A DNA stretch of 64,000 nt. Source: Planctomycetota bacterium (GTDB lineage: Bacteria > Planctomycetota > Phycisphaerae > UBA1845). The stretch lies in assembly GCA_024280855.1 (NCBI GenBank), contig JAJRPG010000085.1, positions 47,190-111,189 of the forward strand, given 5' to 3'. Under the pieces are notes generated by a model. That model saw nothing but the letters and a program-made list of their open reading frames with translations. It did not search any database and was not told where the DNA came from. Position numbers and translations under genes: made by a program. Shown here piece by piece: positions 16,921 to 27,421 of the stretch (the first letter of the stretch is position 1; each line of letters begins with the position of its first letter).

Positions 16921-19159
16921 ACGTAGATGTTTGGTGATATTGACGATGCTCTTTTGGGGCATGGGAACGATTGGTTGTGCGAATCAAAACGGTGGGATGA
17001 GTATGAGTCATAGCATGGTTGCGTCGGTCGCGGACGATACTTTTTTGGAATCATTCGCTGCGACGAGGCGTTTTTCGTTAGGGCATCCGACGGCGATTAC
17101 GGTGACGCCGGATGGGCGAGAAGTGTTGTTTCTTCGTTCGGGGCCGAGAAGCTTTGTGCGTGATTTGTATTCGTTTGACGTAGCAACTGGTGAAGAAAAT
17201 AAAATTCTGACATCAGAGAAAATTCTTGAAGGTGCTGTCGAAGAGCTATCCATTCAGGAGCGTGCGCGACGGGAGCGTATGCGCATGACAGCCCGAGGCA
17301 TTGCGACCTATCGATTGAGCCAGGATGGCAAGCAAATTCTCGTTCCACTTTCCGGTCGATTATTTGTGGTTGATCGTCAGACTCAGAAAGTTAAAGAGCT
17401 TGAGAGTGAAGCGGGGTTCCCGATTGATCCGAAATTTTCTCCCGATGGCAAGCATATATCCTGCGTGCGCGATGGCGAGGTTTATGTCATTGACTTGGCA
17501 TCTGGGGTTGAGCGAAAGCTTACCACAGGCGCTGGCGGTACGATTACCAATGGGCTATCGGAGTTTGTTGCGCAGGAGGAGATGGGGCGTTTCAGCGGGT
17601 ATTGGTGGTCGCCTGATAGTCGTTTTATTGCTTATCAGCAGACTGATGTCGCCCAAGTTGAAACATTTTATATTGCAGACGCCGCACATCCCAGCCGTTC
17701 GCCGCACACTTGGCCTTATCCGCGTCCGGGGAAAAATAATGCCCAAGTAAAGCTTGCGGTGATGCCTATAGATGGCGGTGATTCCGTTTGGGTGCGGTGG
17801 GACGCTGAGGCGTATCCGTATTTGGCTAGTGTTCGTTGGTCGCCCAAGGCGCCTCTTACTATTCTTGTTCAAAATCGAAAACAAACGGAAGAGCTGCTTC
17901 TGGCGATTGATTCAAATTCCGGGGAATCAAACACGCTTTTAGTTGAGAAAGATGATGCGTGGATCAATCTCGATCAATCCATGCCGTATTGGATGCCCGA
18001 TGGTCAGCGTTTTTTGTGGACGACTGAGCGCGGTGGCGCGTGGCAACTGGAATTGCGTGGGCGCAGTGGCCAATTGATTAAGATTCTTACTTCGCTGGAG
18101 TTTAATTTTAAGCGTTTTCTGCATTACAACCAAACCCAGGAACAGCTATATTTGTCGGGGACGGATGATCCCATACAGTCGCATGTGTATCGGATGAGTT
18201 TGAACGATACAGAATCATTGCCTACTCGATTGTCGAAGGCCGATGGTTTGCATGGCGCTTCGTTTGCTAAAGATAATCACTGCGAGGTGTATGTTCATTC
18301 AGAAAGTTTAACGGATGGAAGTCACCGTCAGACAGTGCGAACGTTGGATGGCCGCAAGCTGGGTGAACTGAAAAGTGTCGCGGAGGCCCCGCCGTTTACG
18401 CCTCATGTTGAGTTTGTCACCGTCGATCATAAGCAAAAATTTCGAGCCGCGATCATACGCCCACGTAATTTTCATAAGGGCAGAAAATACCCTGTCATCG
18501 TGTATGTTTACGGCGGGCCTCACGCTCAAACGGTGCAGGCGAATCCCAATAATTATCTGTTGCAACAATGGTTAGCAGACCACGGGTTTATTATTGTTAC
18601 GATGGACGCACGCGGTACACCATCACGTGGCCGAGCCTGGGAGCGTGTGATTAAGAATAATGTGATTGACATTCCGCTTAACGATCAGGTCGAAGGTTTG
18701 CAATCGCTGGGAAAGAAGTACGCAGAGCTTGATATGTCGCGCGTAGGTATTTACGGCTGGTCGTTCGGCGGATATTTCTCCGCGATGGCTGTCATGCAAA
18801 GGCCGGACATCTATAAAGCAGGCGTGTCAGGTGCGCCGGTTTGCGATTGGCTTGATTACGACACGCATTACACCGAGCGATATATGGGCCTGCCGGACGA
18901 AAATGAATTCGGCTACGAGGCCTCGTCCGTACTTTCGCATACGAGTAAATTGAGCCGCCCACTGCTAATCATTCACGGCACAGCTGATGATAACGTGTAT
19001 TTTATGCATAGTTTGAAGATGTCTAACGAGTTATTTCGCGCGGGTAAAACGCACGACTTCCTACCGTTATCCGATTTTACACACATGGTAGCTGACCCCA
19101 ACGTGACGAAACAAATTAACCGCCGCATTGTCGGGTATTTTATGAAGCATTTGCAATGA
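16907..19159 (+). CDS. Dipeptidyl-peptidase IV (S9B prolyl oligopeptidase family), lipoprotein-type signal
   Basis: DPPIV N-terminal propeller motifs (FVAQEEMGRFSGYWWSPDS). Catalytic GWSFGGY Ser, GTADDNV Asp and a C-terminal His. Signal LFWGMGTIGC. ATG 16907 overlaps the upstream stop by 14 nt. Confidence 0.9.
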   Translation: MTNGKRRCLVILTMLFWGMGTIGCANQNGGMSMSHSMVASVADDTFLESFAATRRFSLGHPTAITVTPDGREVLFLRSGPRSFVRDLYSFDVATGEENKILTSEKILEGAVEELSIQERARRERMRMTARGIATYRLSQDGKQILVPLSGRLFVVDRQTQKVKELESEAGFPIDPKFSPDGKHISCVRDGEVYVIDLASGVERKLTTGAGGTITNGLSEFVAQEEMGRFSGYWWSPDSRFIAYQQTDVAQVETFYIADAAHPSRSPHTWPYPRPGKNNAQVKLAVMPIDGGDSVWVRWDAEAYPYLASVRWSPKAPLTILVQNRKQTEELLLAIDSNSGESNTLLVEKDDAWINLDQSMPYWMPDGQRFLWTTERGGAWQLELRGRSGQLIKILTSLEFNFKRFLHYNQTQEQLYLSGTDDPIQSHVYRMSLNDTESLPTRLSKADGLHGASFAKDNHCEVYVHSESLTDGSHRQTVRTLDGRKLGELKSVAEAPPFTPHVEFVTVDHKQKFRAAIIRPRNFHKGRKYPVIVYVYGGPHAQTVQANPNNYLLQQWLADHGFIIVTMDARGTPSRGRAWERVIKNNVIDIPLNDQVEGLQSLGKKYAELDMSRVGIYGWSFGGYFSAMAVMQRPDIYKAGVSGAPVCDWLDYDTHYTERYMGLPDENEFGYEASSVLSHTSKLSRPLLIIHGTADDNVYFMHSLKMSNELFRAGKTHDFLPLSDFTHMVADPNVTKQINRRIVGYFMKHLQ

Positions 19160-19216
19160 TTTATACGTTAAACTGCGGAAGTTTTCTCGACTCTATCAAG
19201 CTACTGTTGCGTCGCT

Positions 19217-20182
19217 ATGATGCTTGCGATGATGATTGACTTCGGAGCTTATACTGGCCACGCTGCTGGCATTACGACGGCGTTGTTGTGGACAGCGACT
19301 TCGCTGCTATTCACGGCTAGCGGTCGTCGTTTGGGGACAACTGTTCTCAACACGATTCGGTTATGCTGTGCCGTTATTTTGTTAGCTACAACGCACCGCA
19401 TTCTAAACGGCTATTGGATTCCCCACGCTCAGAGTGAGCAGGTATTTTATCTTGCGATTTCTGGATTGATCGGGCTTAGCATCGGCGACCAGGCCTTGTT
19501 CACCGCGTTCGTAGAAATTGGCCCCAGACTTTCAATGTTGATGATGACAACGTCGCCGATATTGGCCATGCTTTTTGGCTGGTTAGCACTCGGCGAAACC
19601 TTGCCGACGTCAGCCTTGCTCGGCATTGGCCTTACCGTTGGCGGTGTCGGGTGGGTTGTGCTGGAAAGGCCCAAAGTTAAGTCCGGCAGTTCGCCGCGAA
19701 GACTCCGAGGCTATGCGTTCGCCATGATCGGCGCAGCGTGCCAAGCTGGCGGGTTAATGTTGAGTAAAATAGGCATGGGGCATGGCTGGCTTGATTCCGA
19801 TCAACACATGCCTCCGCAGACCGCCACGCTTATTCGGATGTGTTTCGCCGCGCTTGGCATGATCCCAATCATCATCATCTATCAAAGGCGAATGAGGCGT
19901 CGAGCTGGAAATGCCGCAGCCTTTCCGCGCGTGGGATCGAAATCAGTGGGCGTGACGTTCGCACTTTGCGGCGCGGTCGTTGGCCCATTTCTCGGTGTGT
20001 GGATGTCGCTTGTCGCATCAGACCGTGCGCCGCTGGGTATCGCCCAAACGCTTTGTTCGCTCACGCCACTATTTATTCTGCCGTTTGCGGTTCTCATTCA
20101 TAAGGAAAAGCTCAGTATGAGAGCCGTGGGCGGGGCGGTGGTCGCGGTGCTTGGATCGGGGCTTTTGTTTTTGGATTTTTGA
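19217..20182 (+). CDS. EamA/DMT-superfamily transporter
   Basis: About 10 TM helices in two internally duplicated halves. GLSIGDQALF and WLALGE motifs typical of EamA domains. Confidence 0.72.
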   Translation: MMLAMMIDFGAYTGHAAGITTALLWTATSLLFTASGRRLGTTVLNTIRLCCAVILLATTHRILNGYWIPHAQSEQVFYLAISGLIGLSIGDQALFTAFVEIGPRLSMLMMTTSPILAMLFGWLALGETLPTSALLGIGLTVGGVGWVVLERPKVKSGSSPRRLRGYAFAMIGAACQAGGLMLSKIGMGHGWLDSDQHMPPQTATLIRMCFAALGMIPIIIIYQRRMRRRAGNAAAFPRVGSKSVGVTFALCGAVVGPFLGVWMSLVASDRAPLGIAQTLCSLTPLFILPFAVLIHKEKLSMRAVGGAVVAVLGSGLLFLDF

Positions 20183-20235
20183 TGGCGCCGCTTTGACATT
20201 AGGCGCACAACGAATATTTCTAAGGGAACTTTTTC

Positions 20236-20778
20236 GTGCATCGAGAAAATTTACTGGAAAAATTAGATAACTATCACCCTTCGGATGCCTCTGAGGTTGA
20301 GGCGCGATTGCGCATGATCTCATTTGTAAAAGAAAATCCAGATTGCTTTCAGCGTCACCTCAAGATCGGTCACATCACCGGTTCGGCTTGGCTAATGAGC
20401 CGCGATGGTCGTCGCGTATTGCTTACGCATCACCGGAAGCTTAACAAATGGCTGCAATTGGGAGGTCATGCGGATGGAGATTCGAATATCTTAGCCGTTG
20501 CCCTGCGCGAGGCGAAGGAGGAGTCTGGCATTGAAAACATTTTGGCCGTGACAGAAGATGTATTCGATTTGGACATTCACGAAATTCCGCCGCACGGACA
20601 AGAGCCAGCTCATTGGCATTACGATGTGCGGTTTCTGTTTCGTGTTGAGGGCGATGATACTTTTATCGTTTCTGAAGAATCGCACGAATTAGCCTGGGTT
20701 ACACCAGATCAGTTGCACGCATTGGATACTGACGCATCGGTGCAACGTATGGCTAAAAAATGCGTAGCGATAGTTTAG
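20236..20778 (+). CDS. NUDIX hydrolase
   Basis: Nudix box GGHADGDSNILAVALREAKEESGI. GTG start. Confidence 0.85.
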   Translation: MHRENLLEKLDNYHPSDASEVEARLRMISFVKENPDCFQRHLKIGHITGSAWLMSRDGRRVLLTHHRKLNKWLQLGGHADGDSNILAVALREAKEESGIENILAVTEDVFDLDIHEIPPHGQEPAHWHYDVRFLFRVEGDDTFIVSEESHELAWVTPDQLHALDTDASVQRMAKKCVAIV

Positions 20779-20819
20779 GCAGGTCAACCTTTCGCCAGTA
20801 GACGAAAGAACGACCTGCC
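20778..20819. terminator. Nested hairpin between convergent genes (GGCAGGTC...GACCTGCC with inner CTTTCG/CGAAAG); possible bidirectional terminator
   Basis: An 8-bp outer stem and a 6-bp inner stem read from the sequence. There is no U-tract on either strand, so the function is uncertain. Confidence 0.35.
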
Positions 20820-20839
20820 CTACAGATTCAGAATAGTCG

Positions 20840-22297
20840 CTAGAATTTCATTTGGTATTGAACATAGAATAAATCGGCGTCTTCGCTCGGTCCGGTTTGC
20901 TCGATGACCGTACTATCCCAGAAGTGGGAATAGCCAAACAGCATCGACTGGTGTTTATCCATCTTGACCGCGACAGTGAGGTCTAGTTCATGTCCGATTT
21001 CCCGGCCACTGTTACCAAAAATATCACGGCGACCAGCACCAGCCCCGGCATTATAAATAGCATCACGTTTAGCGTTAAGCCAAAATGTGTGATAGGCCGC
21101 TCTCGCCTTGACTTTTTTCGCTACTGGCCAAGCGGTTAGGTTTACGTTTACAGCGGTAATGTTTTGCCTTCCGATTAGGTCCATGTATCCGAAGTATTTG
21201 TGGCCGAGTGGGAATAATTGGTTAAACGTGCCGACCTTGCCATCAAAGGGGTCTTCGTCGCCGCTGGCCCAGTCGAAACCTGCGCCGATTCGAGGTTTTC
21301 CTGAAGCGTCGGCGAATGTGTAACCACCATCGATAGTCCAACTCCAGGCTTGAATCGTATCACCTGCCCAAGTGCCCCATTGCCCAGCTATTTCAGCTTC
21401 GTAGTCCATAGGCCCATGCTTGCCCCAGAACCTGCTGCCGAGCATGTATCGCGTGGTATCGCCGATGTTGCCATTAGGATTTACCGTCTTATTCGTATTG
21501 TTAATGGCTAAAGCGTATAAGTCCAAGCCGTGATTCGGAATGCCCTTATAAGTTGCATAGGCGCCATAAAAATCAAAGTCCTCATTGTATCGGTCGCGTT
21601 GCTTACGTTGAACGATGACGGGTTTTACGAAAAACAAATCCACGTCCCACGTTTTACCCTTGGCAAATAATTTTACACCATCGAAGCGGCGTCGAATATT
21701 TCCCCATTCAAAAGGAGAGATAAACCTTTGGTTTCCGTATTGCAAGTCCTGCCGACCTACGCGAAGCGTCAACGGCAAATCCTCACCCAGCACGCGAATG
21801 TCGAAAAATAATTGTTGCAAATCCCATTTGTTTTCATCGATACCGCGCAAAGGTAAATCACGATGCTCATCGAAAGCGCTCATCCCTTGTACGAAAACTC
21901 GAAATAGTTTCTGGTATTTGAAATCAGCGTGAAGCATATAGCGGTATAACTCAAACGTATCGTTCGCTGGCTCGGTGGCACCAAAACCCTTATTGGTTTC
22001 CGATTCCAGTCGAAAGCGAAATTCGCCGCCGAGTGTCAAATTCCAATCGTTGCCCAGGTCGATGTTTTTGAGCGGGTCAAAAAGGTCTGGTTCATAATCA
22101 TATGTTGCGTCGTCGGGGTAGCTAAAATTCTCGTCGTACCGAAGGTTTAATAATTTCGGATGGTTAACCTTCTTAATTGACAACGTCTTGTCAGCAGGGG
22201 GTGCGTCTGTATTTTGTCCTAATGAAATGCTTGGGCAAACGCATAGCATGGCGTAAATGCCAATCAGATGGGACGAGTGAACTCGATTGCGAAACAT
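20840..22297 (-). CDS. Outer-membrane beta-barrel porin (alginate-export/AlgE-like family)
   Basis: Signal peptide, alternating amphipathic beta-strand pattern, aromatic-rich, and a C-terminal YQMKF ending in Phe. The family assignment is by overall resemblance only. Confidence 0.55.
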   Translation of the reverse strand: MFRNRVHSSHLIGIYAMLCVCPSISLGQNTDAPPADKTLSIKKVNHPKLLNLRYDENFSYPDDATYDYEPDLFDPLKNIDLGNDWNLTLGGEFRFRLESETNKGFGATEPANDTFELYRYMLHADFKYQKLFRVFVQGMSAFDEHRDLPLRGIDENKWDLQQLFFDIRVLGEDLPLTLRVGRQDLQYGNQRFISPFEWGNIRRRFDGVKLFAKGKTWDVDLFFVKPVIVQRKQRDRYNEDFDFYGAYATYKGIPNHGLDLYALAINNTNKTVNPNGNIGDTTRYMLGSRFWGKHGPMDYEAEIAGQWGTWAGDTIQAWSWTIDGGYTFADASGKPRIGAGFDWASGDEDPFDGKVGTFNQLFPLGHKYFGYMDLIGRQNITAVNVNLTAWPVAKKVKARAAYHTFWLNAKRDAIYNAGAGAGRRDIFGNSGREIGHELDLTVAVKMDKHQSMLFGYSHFWDSTVIEQTGPSEDADLFYVQYQMKF

Positions 22298-22528
22298 GAT
22301 AGGTCTCCGTGGTTGAAACTAAGACTCAACAACACTATAACTCGCTTAAAATTCTACGGATTTACTACGATTCGGCAACCGGGGAAATTCTACAAGTTTC
22401 TCGGTGTTGAGATTTTATTTATAGGTGTATGATGGAGAAAGATAGGCGTCGAAATATCTCACATGGCGATTCGACGCCTAGCCAGTAATCGATAATATGA
22501 ATCGATGTCACAGTGGGGGGGGCAATAC

Positions 22529-22954
22529 ATGGCTAATGAGAGTCGAAATCCTGCGGTTGGTGAATGCACGATCGATATCCAGGTGCGCTATGCAGAATGC
22601 GATGCGATGGGCTATCTGCACCACGGCAGATACTGGGAATATTTTGAGATGGTCCGTACCGAGCTGCTCAAGCAGAATGGCTTCCGTTATCGAGACCTCG
22701 AAGCTGCGGGCACATTTTTCGTGGTATATAAATGCAGTTGTCGATATTTGCTGCCCATTCGTTATGACGACGTAGTCCGCGTCACGGCGACAGTCATTCG
22801 TACCACGAGGACGCGCGTGGATCATACCTACGAGATGAAGGTCGGAAGCCAGTTGACCACCGAAGCCACCTCCACCCTCGCCTGTGTGGGGCGAGACGGC
22901 AAGCCCACCCTGATGTCAGACGAGTTATGGTCCTGCACAAGCGCGAATCACTAG
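22529..22954 (+). CDS. Acyl-CoA thioesterase, 4HBT/YbgC-FadM hotdog family
   Basis: The N-terminal VRYAECDAMGYLHHGRYWEYFE motif contains the catalytic Asp context of YbgC-type thioesterases. An alternative start lies at 22505. Confidence 0.8.
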   Translation: MANESRNPAVGECTIDIQVRYAECDAMGYLHHGRYWEYFEMVRTELLKQNGFRYRDLEAAGTFFVVYKCSCRYLLPIRYDDVVRVTATVIRTTRTRVDHTYEMKVGSQLTTEATSTLACVGRDGKPTLMSDELWSCTSANH

Positions 22955-22965
22955 CCAAGTAAGGG

Positions 22966-23415
22966 CTATTGAGGAACCAACGTATCGGTTGCGGCTATGG
23001 AAAAATTCCCATCAACCACTTCGATATCGCAAATAGTTGCTGGCCCGGCCTCGGTAAAATAGGCCTGCTGGACGCCGTCTACCATCCCGAATCTCACTTG
23101 GAATGCCCCGGCGACGCCTCTACCCAACAGATTACCTTCCACTTCCCAGTCTTCAAATCTGCTACCATCCTCAGCCCAGATGAGCGTCTTAGCCTGGGCG
23201 TCAAACCGAACGATTTGGTTATCAATATCGAGTACATCCATCGTCGAAAACTCGGAGTCCGGGTCGGTGAAAATGGCCAAATTGGTCGTATCGGTAGTCC
23301 CATCAGTATCGGTCATCATGTCAATTATATCGGTTGTCACAGGCACGCACGAGGCAATCGCACATAGGCATAATGCCAGGATCGAGAGTCGAGAGTAGTT
23401 TGACAATGATGTCAT
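22966..23415 (-). CDS. Hypothetical lipoprotein
   Basis: Signal peptide plus lipobox (LALCLCAIASC). ATG 23415 has an AAGGAA RBS. No recognised domain. Confidence 0.5.
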   Translation of the reverse strand: MTSLSNYSRLSILALCLCAIASCVPVTTDIIDMMTDTDGTTDTTNLAIFTDPDSEFSTMDVLDIDNQIVRFDAQAKTLIWAEDGSRFEDWEVEGNLLGRGVAGAFQVRFGMVDGVQQAYFTEAGPATICDIEVVDGNFSIAATDTLVPQ

Positions 23416-23541
23416 TTGAATTCCTTTGTTTTTGGTAGAGTTCAGCAATCTACTTGCTCGCCGTTGTATCGGCCTGTTTCGTTAAAAATAGTCAGGTTCG
23501 TCGGTTTGGTCCAGTATTTGCAAGAGTAATATGCGTGATGG

Positions 23542-23685
23542 GGTGTATGACAGTTTTGGCGGGCATTTTTCAGAGCACCTGGCGCGAGCCTGGTGGCACT
23601 CTTGTCCGAAACTACTAACTAAACGTTAATAAGCAAAAGACATGCCCGCAGGCTTGCGCCTACGGCTCTGATCTCGCATACCACC
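23542..23685. mobile_element. MITE-like element, copy B (inverted relative to copy A, with an internal deletion)
   Basis: Shares the cores tcagagccg.a.ggcgcaagcctgcgggca and gccaccaggctcgcgc.aggtgctctga with 12516..12673. Ends GGTGTATGACAG and CTCGCATACCACC resemble the copy-A TIR. Confidence 0.45.
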
Positions 23686-23946
23686 GTTATGGTAGCATCG
23701 AACCACCCGTCAAAAATGTCACACACCCTGCGTGGTGATGGCGAATATATAGCCCGAAATTTCCATCAGGTATGGTCCAGTTGTGGCTTGGCGTATCATT
23801 TGGGAGCCAGTCATTTTTGGGTCGTCCTCAAGGCCAGTGGCAAAAGACGCCGAAATGTCCTTTGTTTCCCATTGTACCCATGCGCGGGAGTGCTAGACTA
23901 CGCCGCTCTGGAAGTGACGGCATAGCGGGTACAAGGGTAGCTTACG

Positions 23947-25560
23947 TTGAATGGAGAATCTTTCGTGACGACACACGGTTACAATCCTAGCCAATTCGGC
24001 CTCGAAGCGCATGGCATAGATCAGCCGGGCGAGGTATATTGGAATCTATCGTCTGCAGAGCTATATGAAATCGCGATATGCGCTAACGAAGGGCGTCTCG
24101 CGGCTAATGGCGCTATCGTTTGTGAGACGGGCATACACACCGGCCGATCTCCTAAAGATAAATTTATTGTAAGGGAAAGCTCAACTGAATCTGATATCGG
24201 TTGGGGAAAAGTAAATAAAGAAATTTCCGAGGCGCAGTTTGACGGTCTGCATCGTCGGATCATCGAACATTATCGCGGTCGAAAGCTGTATGTTCGAGAC
24301 ATGGCTGCTGGCGCTGAAGAGGAAACGCAGATTCCCATTCGCGTCGTAACCGAAACGGCTTGGCACAATCTTTTTGCCTCTCAGCTTTTTATACGTCCGA
24401 AGTTTGGCTCAACAAAAAATCACCAGCCAAAATTTACCATACTCAACGCACCGACCTGCATGGCAGATCCGGCTGTGGATGGTACTCATTCCGAAACATT
24501 TGTCGTCATTAACTTTGCCAAAGGGCTTGTACTTATTGGCGGCACTGCTTATGCGGGTGAAATTAAGAAAAGTATTTTCTCGATTATGAATTACCTGTTG
24601 CCAACTGCTGGTGTTTTGAGCATGCACTGCTCGGCTAACATCGGCGCGGATGGTGATACGGCCCTGTTTTTCGGATTAAGCGGAACGGGTAAGACGACGC
24701 TCTCTGCCGATCCAGAAAGAAGACTGATTGGCGACGACGAGCATGGCTGGAGTGATCGAGGCGTGTTTAATATCGAGGGCGGTTGTTATGCCAAGTGCAT
24801 CAAGCTTTCGCTGGAAACCGAACCTCAGATTTATCAGGCTATCAAGTTTGGATCCGTGCTGGAAAATGTCGTCATGGACGATGCGACTCGTGAAATAGAT
24901 TACGACGCGACCACGCTAACCGAAAATACACGCGTCGCTTATCCCATTGATTATATCAATAACGCGGTAATACCTAGTATCGGTGGGCATCCTAAAAATG
25001 TTGTGTTTCTAACGTGCGATGCGTTTGGTGTGTTGCCGCCAATTTCCAAGCTTACGCCTGAGCAGACGATGTATCATTTTCTTGCTGGTTACACGGCTAA
25101 GGTTGCCGGCACGGAAGAAGGTGTCACAGAGCCACAAGCGACGTTTAGTTCTTGCTTTGGCGAGCCTTTTTTACCGCTTCCACCTCAGCGCTACGCAGCT
25201 ATGCTTGGCGAGCGGGTTGAGAAGTACGATGTAAAATGTTGGCTCGTAAATACCGGGTGGACAGGCGGGGGGTATGGCGTGGGCAGACGCATGAACTTGT
25301 CTCATACGCGAGCCATGGTCAAAGCTGCTATTTCAGGCAAACTAGACGATGTAGAATTCGTGGCTGATCCTATTTTCGGAGTTTCGACGCCGACATCTTG
25401 TCCCAGTGTTCCAGCAGATGTGCTTACGCCAAGACTTACCTGGGCCGACCCTCAGGCTTACGATGCCAAAGCTAAAGAGCTTGCTTCTTTGTTCGCTGAA
25501 AATGTGAAAACGATCAAAGATTTGTCCGAAGCCATCGCTGCGGCAGGCCCACAAATTTAG
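23947..25560 (+). CDS. pckA: Phosphoenolpyruvate carboxykinase (ATP)
   Basis: GRSPKDKF, the kinase-1a loop [17 protein letters not shown] and NIEGGCYAK motifs. TTG start, with an alternative GTG at 23965. Confidence 0.95.
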   Translation: MNGESFVTTHGYNPSQFGLEAHGIDQPGEVYWNLSSAELYEIAICANEGRLAANGAIVCETGIHTGRSPKDKFIVRESSTESDIGWGKVNKEISEAQFDGLHRRIIEHYRGRKLYVRDMAAGAEEETQIPIRVVTETAWHNLFASQLFIRPKFGSTKNHQPKFTILNAPTCMADPAVDGTHSETFVVINFAKGLVLIGGTAYAGEIKKSIFSIMNYLLPTAGVLSMHCSANIGADGDTALFFGLSGTGKTTLSADPERRLIGDDEHGWSDRGVFNIEGGCYAKCIKLSLETEPQIYQAIKFGSVLENVVMDDATREIDYDATTLTENTRVAYPIDYINNAVIPSIGGHPKNVVFLTCDAFGVLPPISKLTPEQTMYHFLAGYTAKVAGTEEGVTEPQATFSSCFGEPFLPLPPQRYAAMLGERVEKYDVKCWLVNTGWTGGGYGVGRRMNLSHTRAMVKAAISGKLDDVEFVADPIFGVSTPTSCPSVPADVLTPRLTWADPQAYDAKAKELASLFAENVKTIKDLSEAIAAAGPQI

Positions 25561-25619
25561 ACGCCATCTCGATTGGCGAGGATGAGATTATCCTTCGGTG
25601 TGCGGTTTCGTTCCAGCCA

Positions 25620-25946
25620 CTATGGCCCGACAATAACACGTTCACTTATCTGACGAATTTCGCTGACGAGAGGTTGGCAGTCGTCGCCATTACTTTCTTT
25701 GGCAGCGACCTCAAGGAGGGCGGCTTTTTCCGTTAAAATGGGATAGCCATAACCTGCGCCACTACCTTTTAGTTGATGAGCCGCGACCCTTAAGCCCTCA
25801 AAATCTGATGCTGTGATAGCCGTTTCCATTACCGTAACACGTTCGCCCAAACCTTCTACGAATTGCACTACGATTTCAGCGAATGAAGCATCTTCACGCA
25901 CGAGTTCCGAAACGATAGGGTCGTTAGATATTGCTTGTTCAGTCAT
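25620..25946 (-). CDS. Hpt (histidine phosphotransfer) domain protein
   Basis: 108 aa with the AAHQLKGSGAGYG phospho-His motif. Confidence 0.75.
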   Translation of the reverse strand: MTEQAISNDPIVSELVREDASFAEIVVQFVEGLGERVTVMETAITASDFEGLRVAAHQLKGSGAGYGYPILTEKAALLEVAAKESNGDDCQPLVSEIRQISERVIVGP

Positions 25947-26180
25947 GTCTATTTCCGTTTGGTCTAAAGGAGCGACAGCTAACTAGATTCTCAGATGCCT
26001 TCGGGCACGCCAGTAATATCGACTATTATCCGGGCAAAGTTGTGTCATACGCTTGGCGTACCAATGTGGTGGCGGGTGCGGGTGTTGTTCCGATAATTGC
26101 ATTATGCTGGCAGGCCTACATTCATTTTTTATTCGGATAAAGGATTCACCCTGGTATTCTGATCTTGATTTTTGGCACGC

Positions 26181-26221
26181 CATAGCCAAGGCAGGTCTAC
26201 GACCGTGCCCTACAAGCGAGC
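26181..26221 (+). repeat. 41-nt intergenic direct repeat, copy 1
   Basis: catagccaaggcaggtctacgaccgtgccctacaagcgagc matches 26369..26409 at 38/41 positions. Confidence 0.8.
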
Positions 26222-26368
26222 ATTCCGGTAGGGCATGTCGTTCTTTCGCTTACTGGCGAAAGGTTGACATGCCTGAACTATTAGGGCGCGTAACGCCGCC
26301 ATTTCCACGAAAACATGGCGGATTTCATGGCATTCGGGTTTCGGTATCTCTGCAAAATTTGATGCGTA

Positions 26369-26409
26369 AATAGTCAAAGCAGGTCTACGACCGTGCCCTA
26401 CAAGCGAGC
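26369..26409 (+). repeat. 41-nt intergenic direct repeat, copy 2
   Basis: aatagtcaaagcaggtctacgaccgtgccctacaagcgagc, 188 bp downstream of copy 1 and about 50 nt upstream of the 26462 ORF. Confidence 0.8.
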
Positions 26410-26461
26410 TGGGGAATCTTGCGTAGCTGTACTTCATGACGTTACAATGGAGTGATTACTT

Positions 26462-27421
26462 ATGACGATAGCTGCATGTGACATTCAAGACGTTTCGTTT
26501 TCTCTAACCGGGGCGCTGCATCATGTAATGAGTGCCACTGGTCATGCCGTATCTCCGGACGATCTTCACGCCGCATTGGGTTTATCGCTCATGATTTGTG
26601 CGTCTGCGGATACCCCGACAGACTGTTGGCCAAGCCTTGCGAGAGATGCTTTTTTACCTGAGACGTGTAAACTTTTTGGAATTACGGTACGCGATCTGCA
26701 CCCTCCCGAAGCCGCGAGAGGGCTGCAACAAGCCGAGGCTTTTGAACAGCATTTCACCGCGTCGTATCTTCCTCACATAGAACGGGCACTTGAAAACGGG
26801 CAAGCAGTTCTCGCCTGGCAGGGTTGGTCAGGGCGGCAAGGCGAGTGGGGGATCGTGACGCAAAGTTGCGATGAGGGCGTTGGCATCGCCGGCGTTGCTT
26901 TTGCGGGTTTGTCTAACAGCGAGGTTGCTTATTCACCAGAGGTCGTGGCTCTTTCACGCCCTCCGCTACAAGTCTATGTGATTGAGACGAATGAACCTTC
27001 TATGCCTGGTGCGCAGTCTCTAATAGATGTGTCTTTGTCCAATATGAAGCGAGCATGGTCGCCCGCCATCGGAAAACAGTTCGGCATACTGGTTGGAGCC
27101 TCTGCTGCCCAGCGCTGGATGGAGCTAGCTACGGTGAACCAGGAATCATGGGATGCGTCTATTAAAGTCGCTTCATCCTGGTCGAAAGGCTGCATGAGTT
27201 TTTTGCGATTTATTCAACAGCACCAAGGCCAGCAAACACCCGAAAATAGTGTAGCTGTCAATAAAATGACTCCGTACATCAAGGAGCTACAAAACATCCT
27301 TCGAGACGTGTTAGATTGGTCAGCAGGTGCTGGTCTGCGCCTTACGAATATGCAGGATGGGCGGTTGTCGGACCTAATTGATGCCATACACGATTTTCAG
27401 CGTGCTCTCGAAGCTTGTTAG
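26462..27421 (+). CDS. Hypothetical protein (319 aa)
   Basis: Long ORF with ordinary composition and no motif I can assign. The N-terminal Cys followed by an LTGALHHVMSATGH segment vaguely recalls BtrH-N/C39-like folds; this is weak. Confidence 0.5.
   Translation: MTIAACDIQDVSFSLTGALHHVMSATGHAVSPDDLHAALGLSLMICASADTPTDCWPSLARDAFLPETCKLFGITVRDLHPPEAARGLQQAEAFEQHFTASYLPHIERALENGQAVLAWQGWSGRQGEWGIVTQSCDEGVGIAGVAFAGLSNSEVAYSPEVVALSRPPLQVYVIETNEPSMPGAQSLIDVSLSNMKRAWSPAIGKQFGILVGASAAQRWMELATVNQESWDASIKVASSWSKGCMSFLRFIQQHQGQQTPENSVAVNKMTPYIKELQNILRDVLDWSAGAGLRLTNMQDGRLSDLIDAIHDFQRALEAC

Noticed and set aside
26181-26409. Possible mini-CRISPR array
   Set aside because: There are only two repeat copies separated by a 147-nt spacer. 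The repeats lack CRISPR-like periodicity and no cas genes are nearby.
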